From a virus (taxonomy: Duplodnaviria; Caudoviricetes), in the IMG/VR virus record IMGVR_UViG_3300028735_000004, positions 160,001 to 224,000 of that record: a stretch of DNA of 64,000 nucleotides. One strand, 5' to 3'. The position numbers were made by a program, and so were the translations under genes. Within the stretch, counting starts at the first letter, position 1. Every line of letters starts with the position of its first letter. Shown piece by piece: positions 1 through 9,269 of this stretch. The notes below the pieces were generated by a model that saw only the letters and a program-made list of their open reading frames with translations, was not told where the DNA came from and made no database searches.

Positions 1-209
1 ATTGCTTGAGCAAGAGCAAGTTTGCCTTCTTGGGTCATGATTGCACGTGCAATTAATTCATCGCGTTTAGCTTCTGGAAGACCTGAAGCAAGACCTGCGT
101 TTGAAGGTAAATTATCTTGCATTACTGAAGCAAGTTTGGCTAAAGTTTGCATTGCATCTCTTACTGATGAGGCGTTTAATTCGCCTTTTGAGTTAAAAAT
201 TTCAGACAT
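1..209 (-). CDS. Major capsid protein, N-terminal part (runs off the left edge; not in ORF track)
   Basis: ATG at 209 with GGAG SD. Manual translation gives MSEIFNSKGELNASSVRDAMQTLAKLASVMQDNLPSNAGLASGLPEAKRDELIARAIMTQEGKLALAQA(M). Codon usage looks highly expressed (cgt/gct/gca). It lies downstream of the protease-scaffold and decoration genes, and EGKLALAQAM resembles N-termini I recall from large-phage capsid proteins. Confidence 0.7.
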   Translation of the reverse strand, partial: MSEIFNSKGELNASSVRDAMQTLAKLASVMQDNLPSNAGLASGLPEAKRDELIARAIMTQEGKLALAQA

Positions 210-237
210 ATATGTTCTCCGTTAATTGAATTTATTT

Positions 238-265
238 GCCAGTTTCCCAGCGGTATAAAAATACC
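238..265 (-). promoter_or_regulatory. Two tandem hairpins in the capsid gene leader
   Basis: Minus strand GGTAT-TTTT-ATACC is followed directly by GCTGG-GAAA-CTGGC (GNRA loop, two G-U pairs), about 30 nt upstream of the MCP start. Confidence 0.5.
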
Positions 266-294
266 TACTTTAATATTATATTATTACTATATGT

Positions 295-1719
295 TTAAAT
301 ATTTTTTTCAATTTGTTTTTTAAATTCATGTTTTAATGTATTTAGAACTTCTTCAAAATATTCATTTATTTCTTTATCACTAAGATCCTTTTGATTTAAT
401 TTGATTTTACCAAATATTAGATCTTTACTTTTATTCATATAGGAAATTATTTTAAATAATACCATCTTCATTAATGCATTATAATCTTTAATATGATTAT
501 AATTTATATCATACTTAATACTATTAATTACATGCGGTTCAATAAATCTACGATAAAAAATATAATTATCAGTTTTCATTAGATAATAAATTCTTCTACT
601 TACCTCATTAAATCTTTCATTTTTTGTTAAGTGAGAAAAATCTTCTATGCGTTTTTCTTCGTAGCCTCTGGTTTGAACCGGATTGTCTTGATACGGTAAT
701 TCTTCTGGCTCGATATCTAATTTTTCCGGAGGTATTCTATAATTGTCTATATTTATTTCATCAATATAATAAACTGGTAAAGAAGTGTGTTTAGATAATT
801 TTTCTCTAAAAATCTCTAAAATATCATTATTTTCTTCTGGATACATCCTGTTAATTACAATTATAGGCTTTTTGTTTTTCAATCCAGTGATAAACCTAAC
901 AATTGAACGATAAACCATTTTAGGACCTTTGCCTTTAAAGTCCTTACCGGAAGTTAAATAAATAATACCAACATACTTACTTAATATACTTCCTATTAAA
1001 CTTTTATTATATTCTTCATCTTCCCATTTTTGGCAACTGCTAATTCCTCTCTCTGACATAGTACAAAGATCCCAGGCTCCCTCTTTATCTGCACTGAATA
1101 CAACTTCCATTTTAGAAATAGGTACATTGATTGAACTAAAATTTTTAAACGCTTCTAATTTTTCTATTTGTGGTAAATTGAACATACCAAAACTTTTATA
1201 CAGCATTTCACTTATTTTATTATATACTTTTATTAAACTTTGATCTTTATGGAACACTAATTTTTGATTTATATTATCATATATAGTATCACCTAAAATT
1301 AAGCTCACAGTTCCATCTTCATTTTTTACAATTTGATTCAATGGATTACTTAAAATTACATTGAACTTAAGTAATAAATTATACACTGTTTCTTGTTCAG
1401 GAGAAAATACACGATCCCAAGGTTCAAGATCTTGTTTTTCAACATAAAGTGTTTCCTGATACCTATCAAGATCTTTGCATTTTTCACTAACAATACTTTT
1501 AATTTTAGAAACTAAAGATCTTGCTGATTCTAAAGCATCTAAATTTTCTATATTAGAATCTACCTTTTCTCTAAAATTTTTTAAACCGAAATGTTTGAAT
1601 ACCTTATCTACTTCTTTAATATTTTCAAACGCCTTATGTTCTTTAATCCATTCTGGCATTTCTTTATCTTTGAAAACATCTAATGTTGCCAAAGAATATA
1701 ATAAATAAACATAATTCAT
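295..1719 (-). CDS. Hypothetical protein (474 aa)
   Basis: Long ORF with a conserved-looking core DLCTMSERGISSCQKW...VGIIYLTS...RSIVRF...IVINRMYP. Function not recognised. Confidence 0.75.
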   Translation of the reverse strand: MNYVYLLYSLATLDVFKDKEMPEWIKEHKAFENIKEVDKVFKHFGLKNFREKVDSNIENLDALESARSLVSKIKSIVSEKCKDLDRYQETLYVEKQDLEPWDRVFSPEQETVYNLLLKFNVILSNPLNQIVKNEDGTVSLILGDTIYDNINQKLVFHKDQSLIKVYNKISEMLYKSFGMFNLPQIEKLEAFKNFSSINVPISKMEVVFSADKEGAWDLCTMSERGISSCQKWEDEEYNKSLIGSILSKYVGIIYLTSGKDFKGKGPKMVYRSIVRFITGLKNKKPIIVINRMYPEENNDILEIFREKLSKHTSLPVYYIDEINIDNYRIPPEKLDIEPEELPYQDNPVQTRGYEEKRIEDFSHLTKNERFNEVSRRIYYLMKTDNYIFYRRFIEPHVINSIKYDINYNHIKDYNALMKMVLFKIISYMNKSKDLIFGKIKLNQKDLSDKEINEYFEEVLNTLKHEFKKQIEKNI

Positions 1720-2065
1720 ATTTATATGCTTAAATATGTAATGCTGGTATTAAGCACGAGATAGCTAAAAGAATAATGTATAGCATTATTCCAAGTTTAG
1801 CAACAACTACCGAAATGTACTTTATCTCTGGAATTGTAGATTATAAAGCGTTAAGAGCTGTGAATTAATTAAATACGGCATTAGAGCAATTTCTAACGAA
1901 TTAGAACATTTTGTTATAACTAAACAATTTAAAGAACCTAAAAATAAAAATTTATATAATGAAACCCAATTATACAAAGAAACAAATATTTTAAAATTTT
2001 TAGAAAATGCTATCAAAATTTTTAATATAAATTGGACCGGTGAAAGAGGTGGTGCCAATTATTCA

Positions 2066-2989
2066 ATGGATATGTTTGGTGGAGAACCTTGGGCAGAAAT
2101 TAGTAAAAGTTTATTTAAAATAGCCAAATTGAATATTGAAGCTAAAAAAATTAAAAAACAACAAAATATGAAACAAGAAATGAACATCTTGCAACAATTA
2201 GTTGTAGAATTAAATATCTTTGATGGTTTAAGTCATAATACTGATAGTATATTAAAAAATATTCTTAATGAAGAATATAAAGATAAAAAAGAATATCCGG
2301 CACCAAATGATTATAAATTACTAAATGAACAAGGATTACATCAATCAAATGAATTTAAAGATTTAAAATATTTGGATTTAAAATATTTGATGGATTTAAA
2401 AGAAATAATGGATCCAGTCGATGTTTATAAAGAAATAGAAAAAACTCTCACTGAAAGTGGAGATATTCATCGTTTTAAAGATTGGACTACTAAAATAAGA
2501 CAACATCCAAAATATCGCGAAAAATCTGATATTGGATATGAATTATTTCTTATTAAGTATCGTAAAGAATTTTTATATTATATTAAGCAGATTAATATGG
2601 CGATAGACTATATAGATGATGTTATTAATTTAATTAAAGATACTGATGAAATTCAAAGTAATGAAAAAGCAATTAATTTAGCAATTCAAAAAGCATCTGT
2701 AATATTTTATCCAACAATTTTTAGATATAGAAAAGATATTGTAGATGAAGTTATACCAAGAACATCAAATCCTAATAAAATTTATGATTTGTTAAAAAAG
2801 ATGGATTTACTTGCTTACGATGAAATGAAAAATAAAGACTCAATTATAAATCAAATATTTAGAAGCCATTCTTTAAGTCCATTTGAATTTAAAACAAAAC
2901 CAAATATTTTAATCCAAGGTCTGATTAATGATTTGGAAAAATTAAAGAGACATTTACAAAAAGTGTCAAATTATTTACAATCTGTGTAA
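2066..2989 (+). CDS. Hypothetical protein, probably 5'-truncated or frameshifted (frame open from 1847)
   Basis: 307-aa ORF. The same frame is stop-free back to 1847 (AISNELEH...NWTGERGGANYSMDMFGGEPWAEI) but has no ATG/GTG/TTG. A short ATG ORF at 1776..1868 in another frame overlaps it. Confidence 0.7.
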   Translation: MDMFGGEPWAEISKSLFKIAKLNIEAKKIKKQQNMKQEMNILQQLVVELNIFDGLSHNTDSILKNILNEEYKDKKEYPAPNDYKLLNEQGLHQSNEFKDLKYLDLKYLMDLKEIMDPVDVYKEIEKTLTESGDIHRFKDWTTKIRQHPKYREKSDIGYELFLIKYRKEFLYYIKQINMAIDYIDDVINLIKDTDEIQSNEKAINLAIQKASVIFYPTIFRYRKDIVDEVIPRTSNPNKIYDLLKKMDLLAYDEMKNKDSIINQIFRSHSLSPFEFKTKPNILIQGLINDLEKLKRHLQKVSNYLQSV

Positions 2990-3870
2990 TCGTTTTCCCA
3001 TATCGTAATTAAATTATATCCAGACTTTTTAAGCACAGATTCCTTTTCTAAAGTTTCTTGATATAATTCTCCAAAAGTTTTTTTACTATGCGGATTAATT
3101 TTTTCTGCAGAATATTTTTTAGGATTTCCGTGCCAATAATCTCCATAAAATTCATAAATCGTATTAGTCTCTGGAACATAGGCATCTACTTTAAAAGTTT
3201 TATTATTAATTTTAATTATTTTTTGACGACAATTTTCCGGAATATTTAATGAATTAAGCCAAATTTGTTCTATTTTAGATACATTATATGAACATTTACT
3301 GCAGCCCTGTCCATTAAGATGCTTAATCGCCGATTGTTTAAATTCACCGTGTTTTGGACAAATTATTATTAAATAATCACGAGTATTTTTATATTTAACT
3401 ATTTTATATTCATAATAATTATTATGTATTAATTTACATTTATCTATAACATCTTTTAAAGTAAATGCATATATATTTGATAATTTTTCAAATTTGCAAG
3501 CTGGACATCCTTGTCCTTTTAAATGAGATATTGGGCTTTGTTTAAATTCTCCGTGATTTTTACAAAAAATAATTAATTTATACTTATTATGTTTGTAATC
3601 TGATTTTGAATAATCATATTTATAATTATGAATATTATTAGCCTGATCTATAAATTCTTTTAGTGTTTTTTGCTTATTATTGCTGCAAGCGCTACATCCA
3701 AAGCCACTTAAATGATGATCTGGTCTTTGATAAAAACTTCCGTGAATTAAGCATATTATTTCTATATTAGTTTTTGCATTAATATAATTACATTTAGAAT
3801 AATCATATCTATTATTATGAGCTTGTTTTGCTCTATATATAAACTCATCTGTGGTTAGTTTGTGGCTCAT
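2971..3870 (-). CDS. Free-standing homing-endonuclease-like protein: 3 Zn-binding (DUF723-like) repeats plus a PD-(D/E)xK/Vsr-like nuclease domain
   Basis: Three repeats of YDYS/YEYK..Y....IxIxCxxHGxFxQ...HLxGxGCxxC. C-terminal VDAY..IYEFYGDYWHG...GYNLITIWE. Confidence 0.8.
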   Translation of the reverse strand: MSHKLTTDEFIYRAKQAHNNRYDYSKCNYINAKTNIEIICLIHGSFYQRPDHHLSGFGCSACSNNKQKTLKEFIDQANNIHNYKYDYSKSDYKHNKYKLIIFCKNHGEFKQSPISHLKGQGCPACKFEKLSNIYAFTLKDVIDKCKLIHNNYYEYKIVKYKNTRDYLIIICPKHGEFKQSAIKHLNGQGCSKCSYNVSKIEQIWLNSLNIPENCRQKIIKINNKTFKVDAYVPETNTIYEFYGDYWHGNPKKYSAEKINPHSKKTFGELYQETLEKESVLKKSGYNLITIWENDYTDCK

Positions 3871-3885
3871 AAAATAATATATAAC

Positions 3886-3915
3886 AAAAAAGGAGCCGAT
3901 TTCTCGGCTCCTTTT
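3886..3915 (-). terminator. Rho-independent terminator (possibly bidirectional)
   Basis: Perfect stem AGGAGCCGA-TTTC-TCGGCTCCT flanked by A- and T-tracts, 20 nt downstream of the 3936..4601 stop. Confidence 0.85.
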
Positions 3916-3935
3916 ACAACCTAATTAATTAAATT

Positions 3936-4601
3936 TTAGGCTAATTTACCGGCCCAAGTGATGACTGCATGTTGAAACTGGCGTTGAAGAGGACCGCCGC
4001 CAGAATTAAGAGCAGCAACGAGGCTGTTTGGTGTACGAACTAAAGAGCCGTTTGTTGCAAATTCTACGAAGCGACCTACTACTGGAGCGCCACCAACTGC
4101 TGCACCAGAGCCAACTGCTGTTAATTTACCAGTAGCTGTATATGTAAGTGATGTACCTACTGCTAATGATGCATTGGTTGGAACAATTGATGCGGTATCA
4201 ACTGCATCGAGCGTAACGCCATAGAGACCTGGTTTGTCCCAGAGCGTAATCTTACCGCTACCGACTGCTGTGTGCGGGCCAAGAGCTGCACCAGTGCTAA
4301 CTACTTGACCTGCAGTGCCACCAACTACTGCACCGAAAAGTGTACCGTAGTAAGCTGTACCATCATCCGCAAGGAATAATGGGGCGCTTGAAGAAGTTAA
4401 GGTGAATGTTACAGCTGGACGAGTTTTACTTGATGTACCAACATAACCGTCAAATGAATCAGCTGACGCTAAATCAGTGCCAGTTGTTGAAACTCCAACA
4501 AAAGTACATACTTCACCGCCTAAAAAGGAGGAAAGTTGTGAATCATAACCGTCAAATTGACCGAGAGGTTGTGTACCTGGATTTAAAAGAATTAATGCCA
4601 T
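3936..4601 (-). CDS. Putative head decoration/cement protein
   Basis: Small G/A/T/V-rich beta-type protein with optimised codons. Motif GPHTAVGSGKITLW is shared with 10485..11177. Located in the head cluster. Confidence 0.6.
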   Translation of the reverse strand: MALILLNPGTQPLGQFDGYDSQLSSFLGGEVCTFVGVSTTGTDLASADSFDGYVGTSSKTRPAVTFTLTSSSAPLFLADDGTAYYGTLFGAVVGGTAGQVVSTGAALGPHTAVGSGKITLWDKPGLYGVTLDAVDTASIVPTNASLAVGTSLTYTATGKLTAVGSGAAVGGAPVVGRFVEFATNGSLVRTPNSLVAALNSGGGPLQRQFQHAVITWAGKLA

Positions 4602-4653
4602 TGTATTTTCCTTAAAATTTTAAACTTACATCTTGAACTTACTAAAATCTATT

Positions 4654-4672
4654 TTTATATCTTTTTATTGAT
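4654..4672 (-). promoter_or_regulatory. Candidate late promoter ATCAATA-N5-ATATAAA
   Basis: Same spaced motif recurs upstream of several head-module genes. Confidence 0.5.
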
Positions 4673-4682
4673 ATAAATATTA

Positions 4683-5891
4683 TTATTTTTTAAATTTTTC
4701 TAATATATCTTTAACACTTGGATCTAAATCTAAATCTTCATCTTCTTCACTATCGATAGTAGCTGTTTCTGTAGATAGTGTGCTTTTTGGCCCTTTAGAT
4801 GGAGCGGATGGGGCCTTAGCAACTTGTTCGACTTGACTTTCTGCGTGATCTACATAATCAATTAAAGTTTTAATGTGAGATACCATTTCTTTTAAACTAT
4901 CTTTTAGTGTTAAAAGAGCATTATCTACATCTTCAAAATCATCTGAAACCACAGTTCTATATACTTTATATAAATATTGAAGCCAATTTGGAGATCTTTC
5001 GTCAACAGACCTTTTGATGTGATCTATTTGATAAATCCAAACTTGAATAGAACTTTCTATTTTTTCAACTAATTCATTGTGTTTTTTAATAAACTCAATA
5101 TCTGATTGAAATTTTTTATTTTCTTCTGGACTTAATTTTTGAATTTCAGAAATATTAACAAAGTTGATGCTTAATTTGTTAAAAATTCTTGTAGAGTTTA
5201 TTAACTCAGATAAAACCTTTTTAATTGAACTAAGCATAGATCTTGCGTTTGGTTCTTGTTGCACACTATCTTTACTTAATAAATCATCTATTTCCGCATT
5301 AACTTTTTCGGCATCATTCTTGACGCCTTGAGATAATGGCCTGGCGTGATTGATCCAAGCGGCAGCCCCAATAACAGCGGCTACTCCAGCTGCAGCATAC
5401 CAAAACCAAGCTTTTTTCTGAATTTTATATTGATCTAATTCATCGATGCAGCTATCCGCTAATACTCTTAATTCATCATTATCAATCGCATCCATATGAT
5501 TTGCTGTTTTAATTAAATCTAATAACAATTCTTGTTTTGCATACTTATAATGATCTAAATATCCTTTATTTGGTTTTAATGCAACATAAGTCATTACATT
5601 GTGTCGTTCATTATTATTTTCAACCAAACCGTTCATCTTGTCATATGATGGAGCGATAATGACCGCATTAGGATGAGCTTCTTCTATAATATTATATTCG
5701 TATTCTTGACCTTCTGGTTTAACTCCATATAAAGCTTCAATAGTTGAAATATCATCTGAACCAACTCTTGGGTATGGTTCTTGCTTTTTATATTTTTCTA
5801 AATCTTTAGGTTCTGCTTTTTTAATGATACCTTTTTCAACCATTAAATCTGCATAATTTTCAAATATTTCGCTTTTGGGTAATTTTGGCAT
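4683..5891 (-). CDS. Putative internal head/ejection protein with EAHP module, helical-hairpin motif and hydrophobic segment
   Basis: NIIEEAHP...GLVE...RH; LIKTANHMD...LAD; KKA directly before WFWYAAAGVAAVIGAAAWI; acidic C-terminus. Confidence 0.55.
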   Translation of the reverse strand: MPKLPKSEIFENYADLMVEKGIIKKAEPKDLEKYKKQEPYPRVGSDDISTIEALYGVKPEGQEYEYNIIEEAHPNAVIIAPSYDKMNGLVENNNERHNVMTYVALKPNKGYLDHYKYAKQELLLDLIKTANHMDAIDNDELRVLADSCIDELDQYKIQKKAWFWYAAAGVAAVIGAAAWINHARPLSQGVKNDAEKVNAEIDDLLSKDSVQQEPNARSMLSSIKKVLSELINSTRIFNKLSINFVNISEIQKLSPEENKKFQSDIEFIKKHNELVEKIESSIQVWIYQIDHIKRSVDERSPNWLQYLYKVYRTVVSDDFEDVDNALLTLKDSLKEMVSHIKTLIDYVDHAESQVEQVAKAPSAPSKGPKSTLSTETATIDSEEDEDLDLDPSVKDILEKFKK

Positions 5892-5914
5892 TGTTTCCTC
5901 AAATATAATACATT

Positions 5915-6883
5915 TTAAGTGATATTTTTTGCCGCATCATAAGCAAAACTATCAATAATATCTAAAATTGACTCAAATGGTTGCGGTATAACAAGAAAAG
6001 ACGACGATGATTTGTTTGATGATTTTATTAAACTAATTGTATTTCTAAATTTTGAAGATTTATTAATTGCATCATTAGTTAAAAATGGGTAAATGATTTT
6101 TGCCCATTTAATCAACTGTTCCTCTAAATTAGATAAAGTTAATCCTTGTTGTATCCAAATATTACTGTCATCATTTTTGTGATAAGCTGTTAATTCAGAT
6201 GGTATATTAGGAGATTTAACTAATTTTTGAGCAACATTTGGATCTACTTCAATTTTGGTATCTTTATCTTTACCAACTGTTTTAGATATTGCTGCACCTA
6301 CAGCTGAAAATCCTAATGCTTTAAATGCTGTTTTAATAATCCAAGAAAGAGAACTCATTAAGAATTTAAATATTTTATCTTTAAAAGGTCTAATTACACT
6401 TAGTCCAGCTTTACCTAAAGCTCCAGAATTTTTAACAAAAGATGACATTAAATAAACATCCCTGCTGCTTACTTTAACTTGCTCTAATTTTTCTTCGTCT
6501 TCTGCACCAGAAATATTTTGATTAAATGACTGGCTAACAGCATTATCAACTTTGCTAAAATCTACCTGTTTTTCATCTGTATCTACGGCAGATGTTAAAG
6601 AACTTCCTATAGACGCGATAAAACCTTGTGAATCCCACCCTAATGCTTCAGCAATTGTCCAAATTGCTGATAAAGGGAATGGCAGCATTCCTTTTAAAAA
6701 AAAATCTATAATAGTTGCAACTGGATGTTTATGAAAATCTTCCTTGATTTCATTAAAATAATTCATAACAAAATCTTTAATAATAGAAGATAAGCTCGCA
6801 TCAGCTTTTTTATGCAAACAATACTGATTTAATAAAGATACTAATTTTTCTTGATGATAATATTTTACAAGACCTTTACTCAT
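5915..6883 (-). CDS. Hypothetical head-cluster protein with hydrophobic/amphipathic segments
   Basis: FFLKGMLPFPLSAIWTIAEALGW and FKFLMSSLSWIIKTAFKALGFSAVGAAI. The 4-nt overlap with the neighbour suggests translational coupling. Confidence 0.55.
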   Translation of the reverse strand: MSKGLVKYYHQEKLVSLLNQYCLHKKADASLSSIIKDFVMNYFNEIKEDFHKHPVATIIDFFLKGMLPFPLSAIWTIAEALGWDSQGFIASIGSSLTSAVDTDEKQVDFSKVDNAVSQSFNQNISGAEDEEKLEQVKVSSRDVYLMSSFVKNSGALGKAGLSVIRPFKDKIFKFLMSSLSWIIKTAFKALGFSAVGAAISKTVGKDKDTKIEVDPNVAQKLVKSPNIPSELTAYHKNDDSNIWIQQGLTLSNLEEQLIKWAKIIYPFLTNDAINKSSKFRNTISLIKSSNKSSSSFLVIPQPFESILDIIDSFAYDAAKNIT

Positions 6884-8259
6884 CTATACTTCGAGGCAGC
6901 CATTTGAGCTCTGTTCCTCGCTCCAGTTTCCATATCATTAGCAAATCTCATATATTTTTGATATAATGATAATTGACCATCTATTAATTGGCTAATTCTT
7001 GGATTATCCATTCTTTCTTTATATTCTTGAAGATAATAAGAAGTTGTATTTAAAATTTGTTTTAAAATATTTGCTAAAGCTTGAGCATTATCAAAATTCT
7101 TAATATCATAATTTGCTAACAAATTATCAACCGAATCAGAGCTAAAAGATAATTGCGGAATACCATCATCTAATGAATTGCCGACTCTATCAGTCCATTC
7201 TCCACTATATTTTATAAAATTATTATATAATGTGTTTAAAACAGGATTATCTCCCTTTGTTTTTTTCATAAAATCATTTATTCTACTAAACCGCAAACTA
7301 TTAGGTACAAATGGTAAAGATGTAGAGAGAGATTGTAGTTGTTGAACTTCCGCTGAATCCTGAGAACTATCAATTGTTGTTGTAGATGTATCACTATAAG
7401 ATTTTAATAAATCTCTAATTATCTTTAAATAATAATTTTTAATTGCTTCATCTAATTTTGCCAAAGCTCTTTTTTCTAAATATTTTAGGAAATACACAAT
7501 ATTTGGCACTGTATCTAATTTTATCTGATTATCACCTTGTTTTATAGTAATTTGTTTATATAAATTACCTATATTAGATGAACTAAGTGTTTCTGGAGTA
7601 ATTGGTATATTACCTTCTTGTGTGTAATTTACGGTTCCATCCGCAATTATTACTGATGGAATTTTATCTAAAATAGTCTTTGCGTCTAGAGCTGTTTTAC
7701 CAGATATTTCTTGTGGTGTTTTATCGCCATCCAATTCGATAGTTGCTGGTTCTATATTAATATCGTAATCTTTTAGATCTTGATTTGCTTTATTAATTAA
7801 TTTATTCAAAACATCTTGAGTTAATGGATTATTTTTAAATTCTGTTTTTAATTTTTCAATAAAATCAATCAAACCTTCTTTATAAATTCTACAAATGGGC
7901 ATATCATTAATAAATTCAGAAGATCTTTTATATATAAAATATAAATCTTTAGGAAAATTCTTTAATTCTTCGTAGGTTTCTCCGACAGGACCGCTAAGCA
8001 CTATTGGTAAATTATTATATTTTATTTTATTTTGTTCCAAAAATGTTATTAAACTATCTAATGAAGTTAGATCTTTTAAATACATTTCAGCAGAAGTATC
8101 AGAAGAAACATCAACTTGATTTAATAAATTATCAATTAATCTTAGAGCAAGTTGTTGCGTTTCAACTTCTCTTGTTTGAGCTGATTTATACAAAGAATCA
8201 AATAAACCTGATTCAATTATTAATTTACCTAAAACTTCTAGTTCAAAAAGAAAAGACAT
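6880..8259 (-). CDS. Hypothetical head-cluster protein (459 aa)
   Basis: Long ORF in a coupled operon; KSAQ near the N-terminus. Confidence 0.7.
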   Translation of the reverse strand: MSFLFELEVLGKLIIESGLFDSLYKSAQTREVETQQLALRLIDNLLNQVDVSSDTSAEMYLKDLTSLDSLITFLEQNKIKYNNLPIVLSGPVGETYEELKNFPKDLYFIYKRSSEFINDMPICRIYKEGLIDFIEKLKTEFKNNPLTQDVLNKLINKANQDLKDYDINIEPATIELDGDKTPQEISGKTALDAKTILDKIPSVIIADGTVNYTQEGNIPITPETLSSSNIGNLYKQITIKQGDNQIKLDTVPNIVYFLKYLEKRALAKLDEAIKNYYLKIIRDLLKSYSDTSTTTIDSSQDSAEVQQLQSLSTSLPFVPNSLRFSRINDFMKKTKGDNPVLNTLYNNFIKYSGEWTDRVGNSLDDGIPQLSFSSDSVDNLLANYDIKNFDNAQALANILKQILNTTSYYLQEYKERMDNPRISQLIDGQLSLYQKYMRFANDMETGARNRAQMAASKYR

Positions 8260-8261
8260 TA

Positions 8262-9269
8262 TTAAAATCCTGGTTCAGATTGAAGAACTGTTTGTGTAGC
8301 ACTTAACTGTTGTTTCATATTTTCTAAAACTTTTTTAATGTTGGCAGGGCTCGTATCTTGCCCTAATACTGCTAAAAATTCTTTAAAATTCTTTAAACTC
8401 ATTAAGTGCTTTATTCTTGGTTGTTCTGGCTTGCCTCCAGATTCTAATCTAACATTTTCAACTATTGCGTTTTGATGTTGTTGGGCATTTGTGAAATCTT
8501 GTTTAGATATTTGATTTTTACCTATAGATAATAATGGTTTTTCTTGACTTATAAGATCTTTGAATTGAGGGTTCTCTAATACATTTTGTTCAAATTCTTT
8601 ATATAAACCTTCTATTTTTTTAATAAATTGTGTTGCTTTAACAATATCACCTAATTTAGAAAAAGATAATGATTGAAATTGAGCTAAGTCAGCATCAGTA
8701 AAAGACTTTGATTCAAGACCCATTGTTTTATTGAAATTAATTATTCCGGATGCAAATCTTAATGCATTAATTAACGCCGTTGCTGTTCTTGCTCCAAATA
8801 ATCCGTCCGGTTTTCTTTCAATTCCTCTTTCACCAGATCCTTTGCCTACGAAACTAATTGCATTAATTAAAGATCTAATATCTAACGCCGGTGTTTCGCT
8901 AACTTGTTTTCTTAAAGGTTGTAATAATGGTTCTTTGGTTTCTAAATGAGTAAAAGTCAAATCTTTTTGAATAAAATTATTTAATAAATAATTATTAAAA
9001 GCATTATGACCATAACTTGTTGGTGTCATAGATGCAAATGTATGACTTGAAATAGTTTTTGCTAAATCAATTAACGCTTGTTGCATATCCATTACGGCCT
9101 GATTAGCTCGCTGTGATACTATGGGAGCCACCTGTTTAGTTGTAGCCGGGACTTCTTGTTTTTGTATGGACGGAGGCGCTTTTTGTTCTACTAAAGTAGA
9201 TTTTATTTTTCCTCCCTGTAATGAAGGAGGTAAATCAAAATAATCTATACTTTGAGATATTTTTTTCAA
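8262..9269 (-). CDS. Hypothetical head-cluster protein with a peptidoglycan-binding-like motif
   Basis: TTG start with GGTG SD. PDGLFGARTATAL resembles the DGxxGxxT motif of PG-binding domains. Confidence 0.55.
   Translation of the reverse strand: MKKISQSIDYFDLPPSLQGGKIKSTLVEQKAPPSIQKQEVPATTKQVAPIVSQRANQAVMDMQQALIDLAKTISSHTFASMTPTSYGHNAFNNYLLNNFIQKDLTFTHLETKEPLLQPLRKQVSETPALDIRSLINAISFVGKGSGERGIERKPDGLFGARTATALINALRFASGIINFNKTMGLESKSFTDADLAQFQSLSFSKLGDIVKATQFIKKIEGLYKEFEQNVLENPQFKDLISQEKPLLSIGKNQISKQDFTNAQQHQNAIVENVRLESGGKPEQPRIKHLMSLKNFKEFLAVLGQDTSPANIKKVLENMKQQLSATQTVLQSEPGF

Noticed and set aside
22-225. Plus-strand 67-aa ORF in the track
   Set aside because: It is the antisense shadow of the minus-strand capsid gene, which has the SD, codon bias and operon orientation.
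2360-2389. Perfect 15-bp tandem duplication GATTTAAAATATTTG (DLKYL x2)
   Set aside because: An in-frame micro-duplication with no evidence of function.
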